Shown here piece by piece: positions 50,213 through 59,167 of a stretch of 64,000 bases of DNA; position 1 is the first letter of the stretch, and each line of letters starts with the position of its first letter. The position numbers and the translations under genes were made by a program. The notes below the pieces were generated by a model. That model was not told where the DNA came from. It made no database searches and saw only the letters and a list, made by a program, of their open reading frames with translations. Location: assembly GCA_963789265.1 (NCBI GenBank), contig CAWBKB010000001.1, forward strand, positions 416,001-480,000. The letters run 5' to 3'. This DNA comes from an uncultured delta proteobacterium. Its GTDB lineage: Bacteria; Desulfobacterota; Desulfomonilia; Desulfomonilales; Desulfomonilaceae.

Positions 50213-51392
50213 CTATGGGCAGGACGCCTGTCCCACCGTCAGGTTTCGTTCTCGCTGCCCGCATGTGTCATGGCTTAGCGATGTGGTGACCGGATCCTCA
50301 TTCGGGAGAACGCCACCGGCCTCCAGGAAACGTTTATAGCAGGAATCAGGGCTCGGATGATAGGCATGACCTGTCATAGAATCCGCCATTGCGGGACAAC
50401 CGCCTCTGCAAAAGGCCACATACTCGCACCCACGACAAAAATCAAAATCTGCAAGGTGGATGGATGATCGATCCCGAAAACGATTAAGTTCCTCGCTGTT
50501 CAGCCACACTTCAGCCACCGAGTCAACGTTGATTCGGCCTAGTTCAATGTTTGACAGTTGCACGCAAGGGACTATGACCCCATCCGCCCTCACCGCCAAT
50601 TTGGTCATCGGGCCGCCGCAGCTCGTCAATTGTCCTCCACCGGGCAGCCTCTTCAACCCCTTTTCCCGCGCGTGTTCTATGTCGAGCCATGCCTGCGCTT
50701 CAGCCAGCGGTCCAGCCGTGGCGCTGATGCGGTCACCATATTTCTGTGTGAGCTTCAAGAGGGAGTCCATAGCCAGACATCGCTCTTCAACGGTAAGCTG
50801 GACCTCATCGGTGTTTTTCCGGCACAATCCTAAATAACCGGCCGAGTTTGTTGAAAACCCGGGAAGGCCAACTACTTCCAGGAGCAACTTAGAGACTTTC
50901 TCCAGGTCCTTGACGTTTCGTCTGTGAATTGTAACTCGGACGGACGCGGGGAGTCGATGTTCAAGAAGCAGCCTGAGGCCCTCCACCGCGCGCCGAAAAC
51001 TTCCATCGCCTCTGAAGCTGTCATGGGTAATCGGCATCGAGCCGTCAACAGAGACCTGAATGAAATTGCATCGGCCTGTGGAAGCTAGAAAGGCCGCGAG
51101 TTCACGTGTGATCAGAGTGCCGTTGGTGAGGAGGGAGAACCGCATCCGATTCCGTACGATCCCGTTCACGATTTCCCTGAAATCTTCACGAATGAAAGCC
51201 TCGCCCCCTTGCAGGCAAACCTCCATCACAGAGCAATCACGCAATTCTTCGAAAAACTTTAGCCATTCTCCGGTCGGCAGGTCTTCTTTAACGTCGCTTC
51301 CGCTCGTGAAATGGCTGCAGGTACTTGCAGCGCAGATTGCACTTGCCGGTGATCTCGATATCGACAGATCGCGGCGTCCTCATAAGAGTCAT
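50213..51392 (-). CDS. scmE: Radical SAM/SPASM protein, ScmE type (apparent +1 frameshift near 51320)
   Basis: MRTPRSVDIEITGKCNLRCKY|CSHFTS; SPASM CGG...PC...CRGCEYVAFCRGGC...PSPDSC. Confidence 0.88.
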
Positions 51393-51399
51393 GTCAGTA

Positions 51400-51687
51400 T
51401 CAATTGGCTTCGACCTCGTAACCAACAAAGCCTCGTGCTGCGAGGCCCTGAACAAATTCTTTCAGATGCGCGCCGGCTTCTTCCGGAACGTTTTCGAATT
51501 GATCCTGTAACTCGAGAAGAATCTCGCCTTCGGTGTGATTTCCATCAAGGCGTTTCCAGATGAACACACTTACAGGGTTCAACCCGAGCACCTTGCCCGA
51601 ATCCGGGTCGAAGAGCAAGGCCCACTCGTCAAATTCCTCACGCAACACAGTCAAGGGATTGGCTATCGGCCTGTCCGCTTTCGACAT
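51400..51687 (-). CDS. scmD: PqqD-family RRE protein ScmD
   Basis: LREEFDEWALLFDPD...LNPVSVFIWKRLDG. Confidence 0.9.
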   Translation of the reverse strand: MSKADRPIANPLTVLREEFDEWALLFDPDSGKVLGLNPVSVFIWKRLDGNHTEGEILLELQDQFENVPEEAGAHLKEFVQGLAARGFVGYEVEAN

Positions 51688-52067
51688 GGAGTCAGTTGCC
51701 TCCACCGCGCAACGAGGATACCCGCGAAAGAGAGGGATTAACCAAATGATAACATTAGAAATCTTTTAAATCAAGCCGGGCTTGCCGCAGGCAGTAACGA
51801 ATCAGCACACCAGTAACATCTTCCCGAATACATTGGCTGGAAAAAAGTAGGGGCAGACCCATGCGTCTGCCCCGCGCGGCCACGCGGGGCCACCCTGGAT
51901 GTCATCTATACCCATTGCCAAAAGTTTTCTCGTTCCCGGGCTCCGCCCGGGAATGCCTGTCAACGAGGCTCTGCCTCGACCACAATCGTGAAATAAGGGC
52001 AGTTTGCGGGCAGAGCCCGCGCTAGGTATGGATTCCCAGGCGGTCCCGCGAGACGTGGGATTTCACT

Positions 52068-52120
52068 GTAGGGGCAGACCCATGTGTCTGGCCCGGGCGG
52101 ACACGGCGGTCCGCCCCTAC
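52068..52120. repeat. GTAG-REP doublet (inverted copy at 58617-58669; relatives at 1065-1170 and 51848)
   Basis: GTAGGGGCAGACCCATGTGTCTG...CCGCCCCTAC. Confidence 0.8.
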
Positions 52121-52347
52121 ACGCCCCAGATCAAGTCCGCGATACCGAATGACCGGCAATTCTACTTTCCGCACGGGACGATCCCGACAAAGAGATTGCT
52201 TCGCTACACTCGCAATGACAATCCCTTCCCGCGTCCAAGTGAACTTTTACGGAAAAAATGCCGGCCGACGATAAGGAGGATGATCTGCCGGCATCCATGG
52301 AAGATACTTTAATTTCAAGCCCCGGCCCGGGGCCCTTTCTAGAAGCC

Positions 52348-52933
52348 TCAAGCCCCGCTAGTACAAGCCTGCGGGGATGACCCCCAAGAGCTGTAACCCT
52401 GATAATAATTAGGAGTACCCCAGTACCCGTGTCCGGGCCTGATAGGGATTCGAGTAATAGCCAGTTTGAGGCCACTGGTTGTATCCTCGTCGGACAGCCG
52501 GCCGAGGCTGAGCCGCGTAGGCCGGCGGGTACTGCCTTGCGACGGGTCTTTGTTGCCACTGATTCGCCCTATGCACACGAGCACTCTTGACAGTCTTCCT
52601 TCTCAACTTTCTCTTGGAGGACGGCTTGATTTGCCGGTTTGCTGTGGAGTTCGGGAGGGTGGCCTGATAAGTCCCTCGCGGAGCGACCGTCTGTTGAGCA
52701 ACGAAGGGCTGTCGCGGAGCCACGGGCCTTACGGTGTAAGGCGTCGAGCCGCTATTTTGAACTTTCCCATTGTATTGCGGCGCACCCGAGTTCGTCGCAT
52801 TGTACGTGTACGTCTGAGTATACTGCGAGTTGTATCCCGGCTGAATGTCAAGCGCGGTTGCTTGCGGGTTGCACAGTGGAAACAGCAGCATCGTGGCGGA
52901 TGCAGCGATGAGCAATATCGTTTTTGATTTCAT
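52348..52933 (-). CDS. Secreted low-complexity Q/Y/P-rich protein (probable frameshift near 52430)
   Basis: Sec signal MKSKTILLIAASATMLLFPL; AGGAGG RBS; Y/G-rich tail continues in another frame to 52348. Confidence 0.65.
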
Positions 52934-53297
52934 GGGGATCCTCCTTCGAGCGACATATCATTCAATACTGAGGATATATGTATATCTGCATGTAAATATA
53001 ATGTCAAGCAGTATTGTTGATACGCTTGCCTCGGCTGATGCATACGGACAACTAAGGGCAGGTTTTCGCCGGCGCCGGAATGGATGATTCCAGATGAGAC
53101 TCGGAACGCGGAACTTTGTTGCCCATCAGCCGCCTGAGCCACATAATACCATTCTGAAATGTTTTTTGTGAATGGGGTGCAGCCTTTGCTCAAAGTACGG
53201 ACAATCGGTATTTCTTATGCGATAATCACGGAACCTCCGGGATCAAAAAGATGAGAGGACCTGGTTCTTCCGTCGCCTCTCTACCTATATTACGAGG

Positions 53298-53743
53298 ATG
53301 CAACACGTGGATACGCTTCAGAGAGCCCTGGAAAAGAGTCCCGTCCAATCACGGGAGCGCCTTTTTGAATGCAAGGTCTACTATGAGGACACGGACTGTA
53401 TGGGCGTGGTCTATCATGCCAATTACTTGAAATACCTTGAAAGGGCCCGCACTGAATACCTCGGAGACCGATTGACCGGTGTGGTGGATTACCACAGTCG
53501 CGGATACATGTTCATGGTTCACAAGATAGAGATGGTGTTCCATGGCCCGGCAAAGTTGGGTGATCTGCTCGTCGTGGATGTACCTGGATTGAAAGCACTA
53601 CCCGATTTCGAATAGTGGTGAAGCAGATAATCATCAAGAAAGGGGAGCCGAAGGACTACCTGGTTACAGGCACCATCACTCTGGTCGCAGTAGGACTGGA
53701 CGGCCAGTTGCTGCAAGTCCCCGCTGAGTTTCACGATTTGTGA
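53298..53743 (+). CDS. YbgC/FadM-family acyl-CoA thioesterase (apparent frameshift near 53580)
   Basis: VYYEDTDCMGVVYHANYLKYLERAR; tail TWIESTTRFRIVVKQ in another frame. Confidence 0.85.
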
Positions 53744-53938
53744 CCATAGGTGGGAGGAGCAGTGCGAGTTTCGGGCGGTTTCCCATCTGGTCACAGGTAA
53801 GATGTGGCGACAGGCTATGAGGTCGATCGACAATTTTCCCGGGGGTTGTATGCAAAGATCAAGGAGAAGGAGTCCAGGGTGACACTTAGTGAGAAACATC
53901 GGGTCTGCGGTTCGCATAGTGCTTGCCTGGTAGAATCC

Positions 53939-54928
53939 ATGTCTGCGCCGGCACAGGGAACGGAGCTTGGATCCGCTCCTGCATTCGGCGTGCGCGATGG
54001 TCTGCTGAAGGGCCATTCTCAGTATGCGGTGTCATACATCATAGTGGTTCTCCTTTTAATAGCAGTATGGCCCATCAAATCCAGCGCACAAGACGAGCAG
54101 GCTGATCTTCTCATCGACAAAGCCCTGAAAATGTCCGGAACAACCGGACAACTTGAGAGGCTTGGAGGAGCTATTCTTTCGGCAATCCCTGCCGATGCGT
54201 TTCCCCGCAGTAGGATGAGAACTGAAGTAGCCGCGTTCATCCAAAAAGAAGCCGGAAAAGAGCAATTGCTGTCCCCAGTCCGTGCGGCGCTGAAGGAAGA
54301 ATTCAACAAAGAGAATATTGAAAACGTGATCGCCTTTTACGATTCCAAGGTCGGCAGGAGAATCGGGCGTCTCCAGGGAAATTCTCTCGCCCCTTCGCTG
54401 CTCAAAAGCGTTCGGGAGGGGCGAAAAACGGCCATGTCCTTGGAAGAGGGGAGGCTGAACATTTTTCGAAGAATTATAAAGGCTGAGCGTGTGCCGGAGC
54501 TTAACCGCGTCTTTTTGAAAAGCGTCATACAGGGATTGATCGACGCCTCTCCTGCTGAGGGATCGGCACATAAGGGACCCTCGGAACCTGCCCGGAAGAA
54601 GATAGGTATTATGGAAGACGCAATCCGCTCAGACCGGCATCGCACGGAAGAAATTGCGCTGGTTGCGTTTGCATACACGTTCCGTTCCGTAGACGACAAG
54701 GAACTCTCGGAGCTTGCCACGTATGACGCATCCCCTGCTGCCGCCTGGTTTCGGAATGCGGTCCAAAAAGGATTCGCTCGTTCCGTTTACATAACTGCCA
54801 AGTCGTTAGGGTCAGCGATAATACAATGGCAGAGTCAGCCGCTACGAACCAGGTCGAAGCATGTGCAAAGTCGAAGCGATGGCTGGATCCACCGGACGGA
54901 GCGCCGCGCTGACGGCCACGATCGGTGA
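53939..54928 (+). CDS. Hypothetical exported helical protein (start uncertain)
   Basis: Long ORF with hydrophobic signal-like segment; two F/Y-x-S-x-x-G/A repeats reminiscent of DUF2059. Confidence 0.6.
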   Translation: MSAPAQGTELGSAPAFGVRDGLLKGHSQYAVSYIIVVLLLIAVWPIKSSAQDEQADLLIDKALKMSGTTGQLERLGGAILSAIPADAFPRSRMRTEVAAFIQKEAGKEQLLSPVRAALKEEFNKENIENVIAFYDSKVGRRIGRLQGNSLAPSLLKSVREGRKTAMSLEEGRLNIFRRIIKAERVPELNRVFLKSVIQGLIDASPAEGSAHKGPSEPARKKIGIMEDAIRSDRHRTEEIALVAFAYTFRSVDDKELSELATYDASPAAAWFRNAVQKGFARSVYITAKSLGSAIIQWQSQPLRTRSKHVQSRSDGWIHRTERRADGHDR

Positions 54929-54937
54929 ATCTTCCCC

Positions 54938-55498
54938 TTGAGAGGCTTTCAGCCCGTGGAAACGAGATCTTTGAGAATCCTCACGCTTGTTCTGCTCTGT
55001 ACAGCAGAAATGCTCACAGCGAACGTCTTTGCCGTGAATGGGAGCTTCACTCGGTACATCGACCCGGAGAAACGATTCGCTTTTGACTATCCGTCGACCA
55101 TGAATGCTCTGGTAGTCAGCCATGATGAGGTTAAAATTGCACATCCTCGGGCCACTTTGCGTATCACCGTTCTAGTCGAAATGCGCCGCCGTGCGGTCTC
55201 TGCAAGCGCCGAGGCACTGGTGGCTGCATTTAAGAAGACGCTGAAAGAAGAAATGAAAGGTTCAGCGGTTTTGGAGGAGGGCAAATTGCCCGGTCTTGAG
55301 GGCTCCCAGGGCTATATAGTGTGTTCCTTCAAGGATCTAAAAGGAATACAACTTGTCCAATTGATTCAGTATTATGTGACTGAGGATCGCGTCCTACAAA
55401 TGATCATCTCGGATCGGCCGGAGGGCTTCAAGAATCTTGAAGCAGTAATACGAAGGATTCACCACTCCCTCAGAATTTTGAACCCAAAGTTGAAATAG
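54938..55498 (+). CDS. Hypothetical exported protein (PsbP-like)
   Basis: Signal-like N-terminus; Y.DP..RF.FDYP motif. Confidence 0.6.
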   Translation: MRGFQPVETRSLRILTLVLLCTAEMLTANVFAVNGSFTRYIDPEKRFAFDYPSTMNALVVSHDEVKIAHPRATLRITVLVEMRRRAVSASAEALVAAFKKTLKEEMKGSAVLEEGKLPGLEGSQGYIVCSFKDLKGIQLVQLIQYYVTEDRVLQMIISDRPEGFKNLEAVIRRIHHSLRILNPKLK

Positions 55499-55549
55499 GC
55501 GTTGGCGCGCGGGAGCCGAAACCAACTGGGTGAAAAGAGGCACGGACGC

Positions 55550-57550
55550 ATGTCCGACTTTCGATTAATTTCCGATTTTTCTCCTCGAGGCGACCAGCCT
55601 GCTGCGATAGATGCGCTGGTTAAAGGAGTGCAAGCCGACGCGAAGCATCAGGTGCTTCTGGGGGTGACGGGCTCGGGAAAGACCTACACTATGGCCAACG
55701 TCATGGCACGCACAGGCAAGACAGCACTTGTCTTGGCCCCCAACAAGACCCTCGCCGCTCAGCTATTCAATGAGTTCAAAGCCTTGTTCCCCGAAAATGC
55801 GGTTGAGTACTTCGTCTCCTACTACGACTACTATCAGCCGGAGGCTTATATCCCCCAAAGTGATACGTACATAGAAAAGGATTCCAGCATCAACGAGACT
55901 ATCGACAAGATGCGACATTCGGCCACTCGCTCACTTTTGGAACGCCGCGATGTCATTATCGTCGCGTCTGTGTCTTGCATCTACGGACTGGGCTCGCCGG
56001 AGGCCTACCAGAACATGCTCGTGCATTTGATCCAAAAAGAAGAAAGTGGCAGAGATCAGGTGCTTAAGAAGCTCGTTGAAATCCAGTACGACCGTAACGA
56101 CATGGATTTCCACAGAGGAACGTTCAGGGTGAGGGGGGATGTCGTCGAGGTCTTTCCGGCATACGAGGAGGATCTCGCAATAAGGATTGAATTTTTTGGA
56201 GATACGGTCGAAGGCATTTACGAAATAGATCCGTTACGAGGAAAAATTCTCAGACCCCTCGATAAAGTAGCGATCTATCCGGCCAGCCACTATGTGACCG
56301 AGAGATCGAGGCTTCTGGAATCTGTTGAGCTTATCCTTGAAGAGATGAAAGATCGGGTAGAATACTTCAGGAAAGACAATCGCTTTATTGAAGCGCAGCG
56401 CATCGAAGAGCGAACTCGATTTGACATTGAGATGCTTAAAGAGATGGGGTACTGCAACGGCATCGAAAATTATTCCAGGTACCTGACCGGACGCAAGGCC
56501 GGCGAGCCTCCCCCCACTTTGCTGGAATATTTTCCGAGGGACTCACTCATTTTCATCGACGAGTCTCACGTGAGCGTCCCCCAGTTAGGCGGCATGTTCA
56601 GGGGCGACCGTTCCCGAAAACAGACTCTGGTGGATTACGGCTTTCGTCTGCCGAGCGCGCTCGACAACAGACCGCTCCAGTTCAAGGAGTTTGAATCCCA
56701 TGTGTCTCAGGCCATTTACGTCTCCGCGACGCCGGGCCCGTATGAACTGGAGAAGGCCGGAGATCAGATAGCGCAACAGGTGATCCGGCCCACCGGTCTG
56801 ATGGACCCGGTGATCGAGCTCCGGCCCGCGTCCAACCAGGTGGATGACCTCCTGGACGAGATACGGAAACGAGTTGATAGACAAGAAAGGGTACTGGTCA
56901 CGACGCTCACCAAGAAAATGTCCGAAGACCTTACTGAATACTATGGCACTCTTGGCGTACAAGTTAGATACCTGCATTCGGAGATCAGGACCATAGAAAG
57001 GATGGAAATTATCAGAGATCTGAGGCTCGGAGAATTCGATGTGCTGATCGGCATAAATCTTCTCAGAGAAGGGCTCGACATTCCCGAGGTAGCATTGGTG
57101 GCGATTTTGGATGCGGACAAAGAAGGTTTCCTTCGTTCGGAACGCTCGCTAATCCAGACGGCCGGTCGGGCGGCTCGAAACGTCGAGGGGACGGTGATTC
57201 TCTATGCCGATAAAATTACCGACTCCATCCGCAAGGCTCTGGATGAAACGAACCGGCGACGAAAGATTCAGATGGAATTTAACCGTGAGAACAACATAAC
57301 GCCCGAGTCGATTCGCAAGAGTATCGCGGATGTTCTCTCTTCTATGGCAGAACAGGATTATGTTACAGTCGAAGTGGAGCGAGAGGACCAATTCGCTGGG
57401 ATCCCCCTGGATGAAGTTCCCAAGATGATCGAAGATCTTACTCGTGAGATGTTCGAGGCCGCACGCGACCTTGAATTTGAAAAGGCCGCGGATCTGCGGG
57501 ATCGCATTCGCGAACTTGAAAACGTTCGCGTCCGGTACGGAGCGCTCTAG
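55550..57550 (+). CDS. uvrB: Excinuclease ABC subunit B
   Basis: [36 protein letters not shown] domain. Confidence 0.98.
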   Translation: MSDFRLISDFSPRGDQPAAIDALVKGVQADAKHQVLLGVTGSGKTYTMANVMARTGKTALVLAPNKTLAAQLFNEFKALFPENAVEYFVSYYDYYQPEAYIPQSDTYIEKDSSINETIDKMRHSATRSLLERRDVIIVASVSCIYGLGSPEAYQNMLVHLIQKEESGRDQVLKKLVEIQYDRNDMDFHRGTFRVRGDVVEVFPAYEEDLAIRIEFFGDTVEGIYEIDPLRGKILRPLDKVAIYPASHYVTERSRLLESVELILEEMKDRVEYFRKDNRFIEAQRIEERTRFDIEMLKEMGYCNGIENYSRYLTGRKAGEPPPTLLEYFPRDSLIFIDESHVSVPQLGGMFRGDRSRKQTLVDYGFRLPSALDNRPLQFKEFESHVSQAIYVSATPGPYELEKAGDQIAQQVIRPTGLMDPVIELRPASNQVDDLLDEIRKRVDRQERVLVTTLTKKMSEDLTEYYGTLGVQVRYLHSEIRTIERMEIIRDLRLGEFDVLIGINLLREGLDIPEVALVAILDADKEGFLRSERSLIQTAGRAARNVEGTVILYADKITDSIRKALDETNRRRKIQMEFNRENNITPESIRKSIADVLSSMAEQDYVTVEVEREDQFAGIPLDEVPKMIEDLTREMFEAARDLEFEKAADLRDRIRELENVRVRYGAL

Positions 57551-57701
57551 AATGGCGGCGTTCTCTGAACACAAGTTTCCAAGCTTTTTGAAAAAAGAAA
57601 GCCTAGAGCACCATTTTCGATCTCCTTGTGGAAGGCTATCCCAGGCTATATCGTAAGCGATCATGAATTTTCACATCCAAGCGAGCTAGGAGGAGTTTGG
57701 T

Positions 57702-58526
57702 ATGCCCTTTGCCAACATAAACGGGATCAACCTCTATTATGAAATTCAGGGTTATGGCACCCCTCTTCTGCTCCTGCACCACGGTTTCGGATGCAGCAAA
57801 ATGTGGGGAAAGTTAATAGCGCCATTAGTCGAGCAAGGATATAAGGTTATCTGTTACGATCGACGGGGGTACGGCCAGTCCGAACAACTCGCAGATTTTG
57901 ACGATTTTTACGTGAGTGAGCGATTCAGGCCCGAGAGCGTCAAGGAACTGGAAGCACTTCGTCACTGGCTCGGGATCGATTCATTGCATGTTGTGGGGCA
58001 GTGCGAAGGCGGCGTTGTGGCAACAGACTACGCCGTACAATATCCGGATCGTGTTAAGAGCATAGTGATATCGAGCACCTTATGTTACAGCACGGTTCAC
58101 ATGTCTGAATTCAATGCGTCAAAATTCACTAAGAGCTTCGCAGAATTGGATCCGGATCTGCAAGAGAAACTCGTAGGCTGGCACGGCAAAAGAGCTGAAA
58201 CATTTTTCAGTCAGTTCCGTCAATACGGCGGATCTTACGGAAAATCTTTCTTTGATTTGCGACCGACATTGGCCTCTGTCAATTGCCCAACTCTGGTTTT
58301 GTATCCGGACAGAAGCTTTCTTTTTGAAGTGGAGCAGGGAATAGCCTTTTATCGGCATCTTCCCAAGGGAGAGTTGGCCGTACTGCCAAATTGCGGACAC
58401 AACACGTACGATGAGCAACCAAAAGAATACGTTTATCACATCGTCAATTTCTTGGCCCGACATCGCTTTGGCGATGAAAGCCCGTTCGTTGCCGAGACTG
58501 TACGGCCGGTAACTTGTGCGGGATGA
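57702..58526 (+). CDS. Alpha/beta hydrolase
   Basis: LLHHGFG, YDRRGYGQS, GQCEGG elbow, CGH. Confidence 0.9.
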   Translation: MPFANINGINLYYEIQGYGTPLLLLHHGFGCSKMWGKLIAPLVEQGYKVICYDRRGYGQSEQLADFDDFYVSERFRPESVKELEALRHWLGIDSLHVVGQCEGGVVATDYAVQYPDRVKSIVISSTLCYSTVHMSEFNASKFTKSFAELDPDLQEKLVGWHGKRAETFFSQFRQYGGSYGKSFFDLRPTLASVNCPTLVLYPDRSFLFEVEQGIAFYRHLPKGELAVLPNCGHNTYDEQPKEYVYHIVNFLARHRFGDESPFVAETVRPVTCAG

Positions 58527-58723
58527 GACTGGCGCGGCAACGGATTATGTCCACAAGGTAAATCAGAGCCCTAGCGACTTTCGTGGCACGATCTCGACAG
58601 AGACACCGTGTTCCGGGTAGGGGCGGACCCGCGTGTCCGCCCAGGGCAGACACATGGGTCTGCCCCTACAATTGGTTCCCTCGTATGGGGGCATGACGGC
58701 ATGTACGGCGCGGGTTTCAAACC

Positions 58724-59089
58724 CAATGCTGTTGACTTAAGAGATCTCCGTCTACCAGCACCGTCACCCCGGCGAAGGCCGGGGTCCAGAGAAGATTAGG
58801 AAAACCTGGATTCCGGCCTCCGCCCATTTGCGTTAAGTTAAGCATGATGCGTAATAAAAACTGCTGTTCAGCATGTAGGATGTGCTGAACCCTGCCAAGG
58901 CAGGGAAAGCGCATCGGCCGCGTCAGCGCTCCGTCTTACACAATCGATGCGCTTTGCTTCGCTCAGCACATCCTACGAAATTGCTGCTTAACTTAACGCG
59001 AATTGGCCTTCGCCGGAATGACGAAGCCAGGGCCTCGTGGAAAGCAAGACTCCTGGGCAAGAGACATCCAGCTTAATTCAACAGCATTG
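58724..59089. mobile_element. IS4-like MITE with 11-bp TSD, containing nested repeats
   Basis: TIRs CAATGCTGTTGACTTAAG / CTTAATTCAACAGCATTG; GGTTTCAAACC at 58713-58723 and 59090-59100. Confidence 0.78.
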
Positions 59090-59167
59090 GGTTTCAAACC
59101 CGCGCCCTACCATCTGACGGTTTTCTCTGTGCGCTCCGTGTCTCTGTGGTGAATTCTTGTCTTCCCG

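Larger units (their letters stand above)
48273..50219. mobile_element. MITE-like element (TIR CCC[C/A]TAGGCGTTAAAATAA) inserted in a REP and hosting IS1182
   Basis: CCCCTAGGCGTTAAAATAA at 48273 and TTATTTTAACGCCTATGGG ending 50219; flanks CAGGATG/CAGGACG; same end at 63007. Confidence 0.65.
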
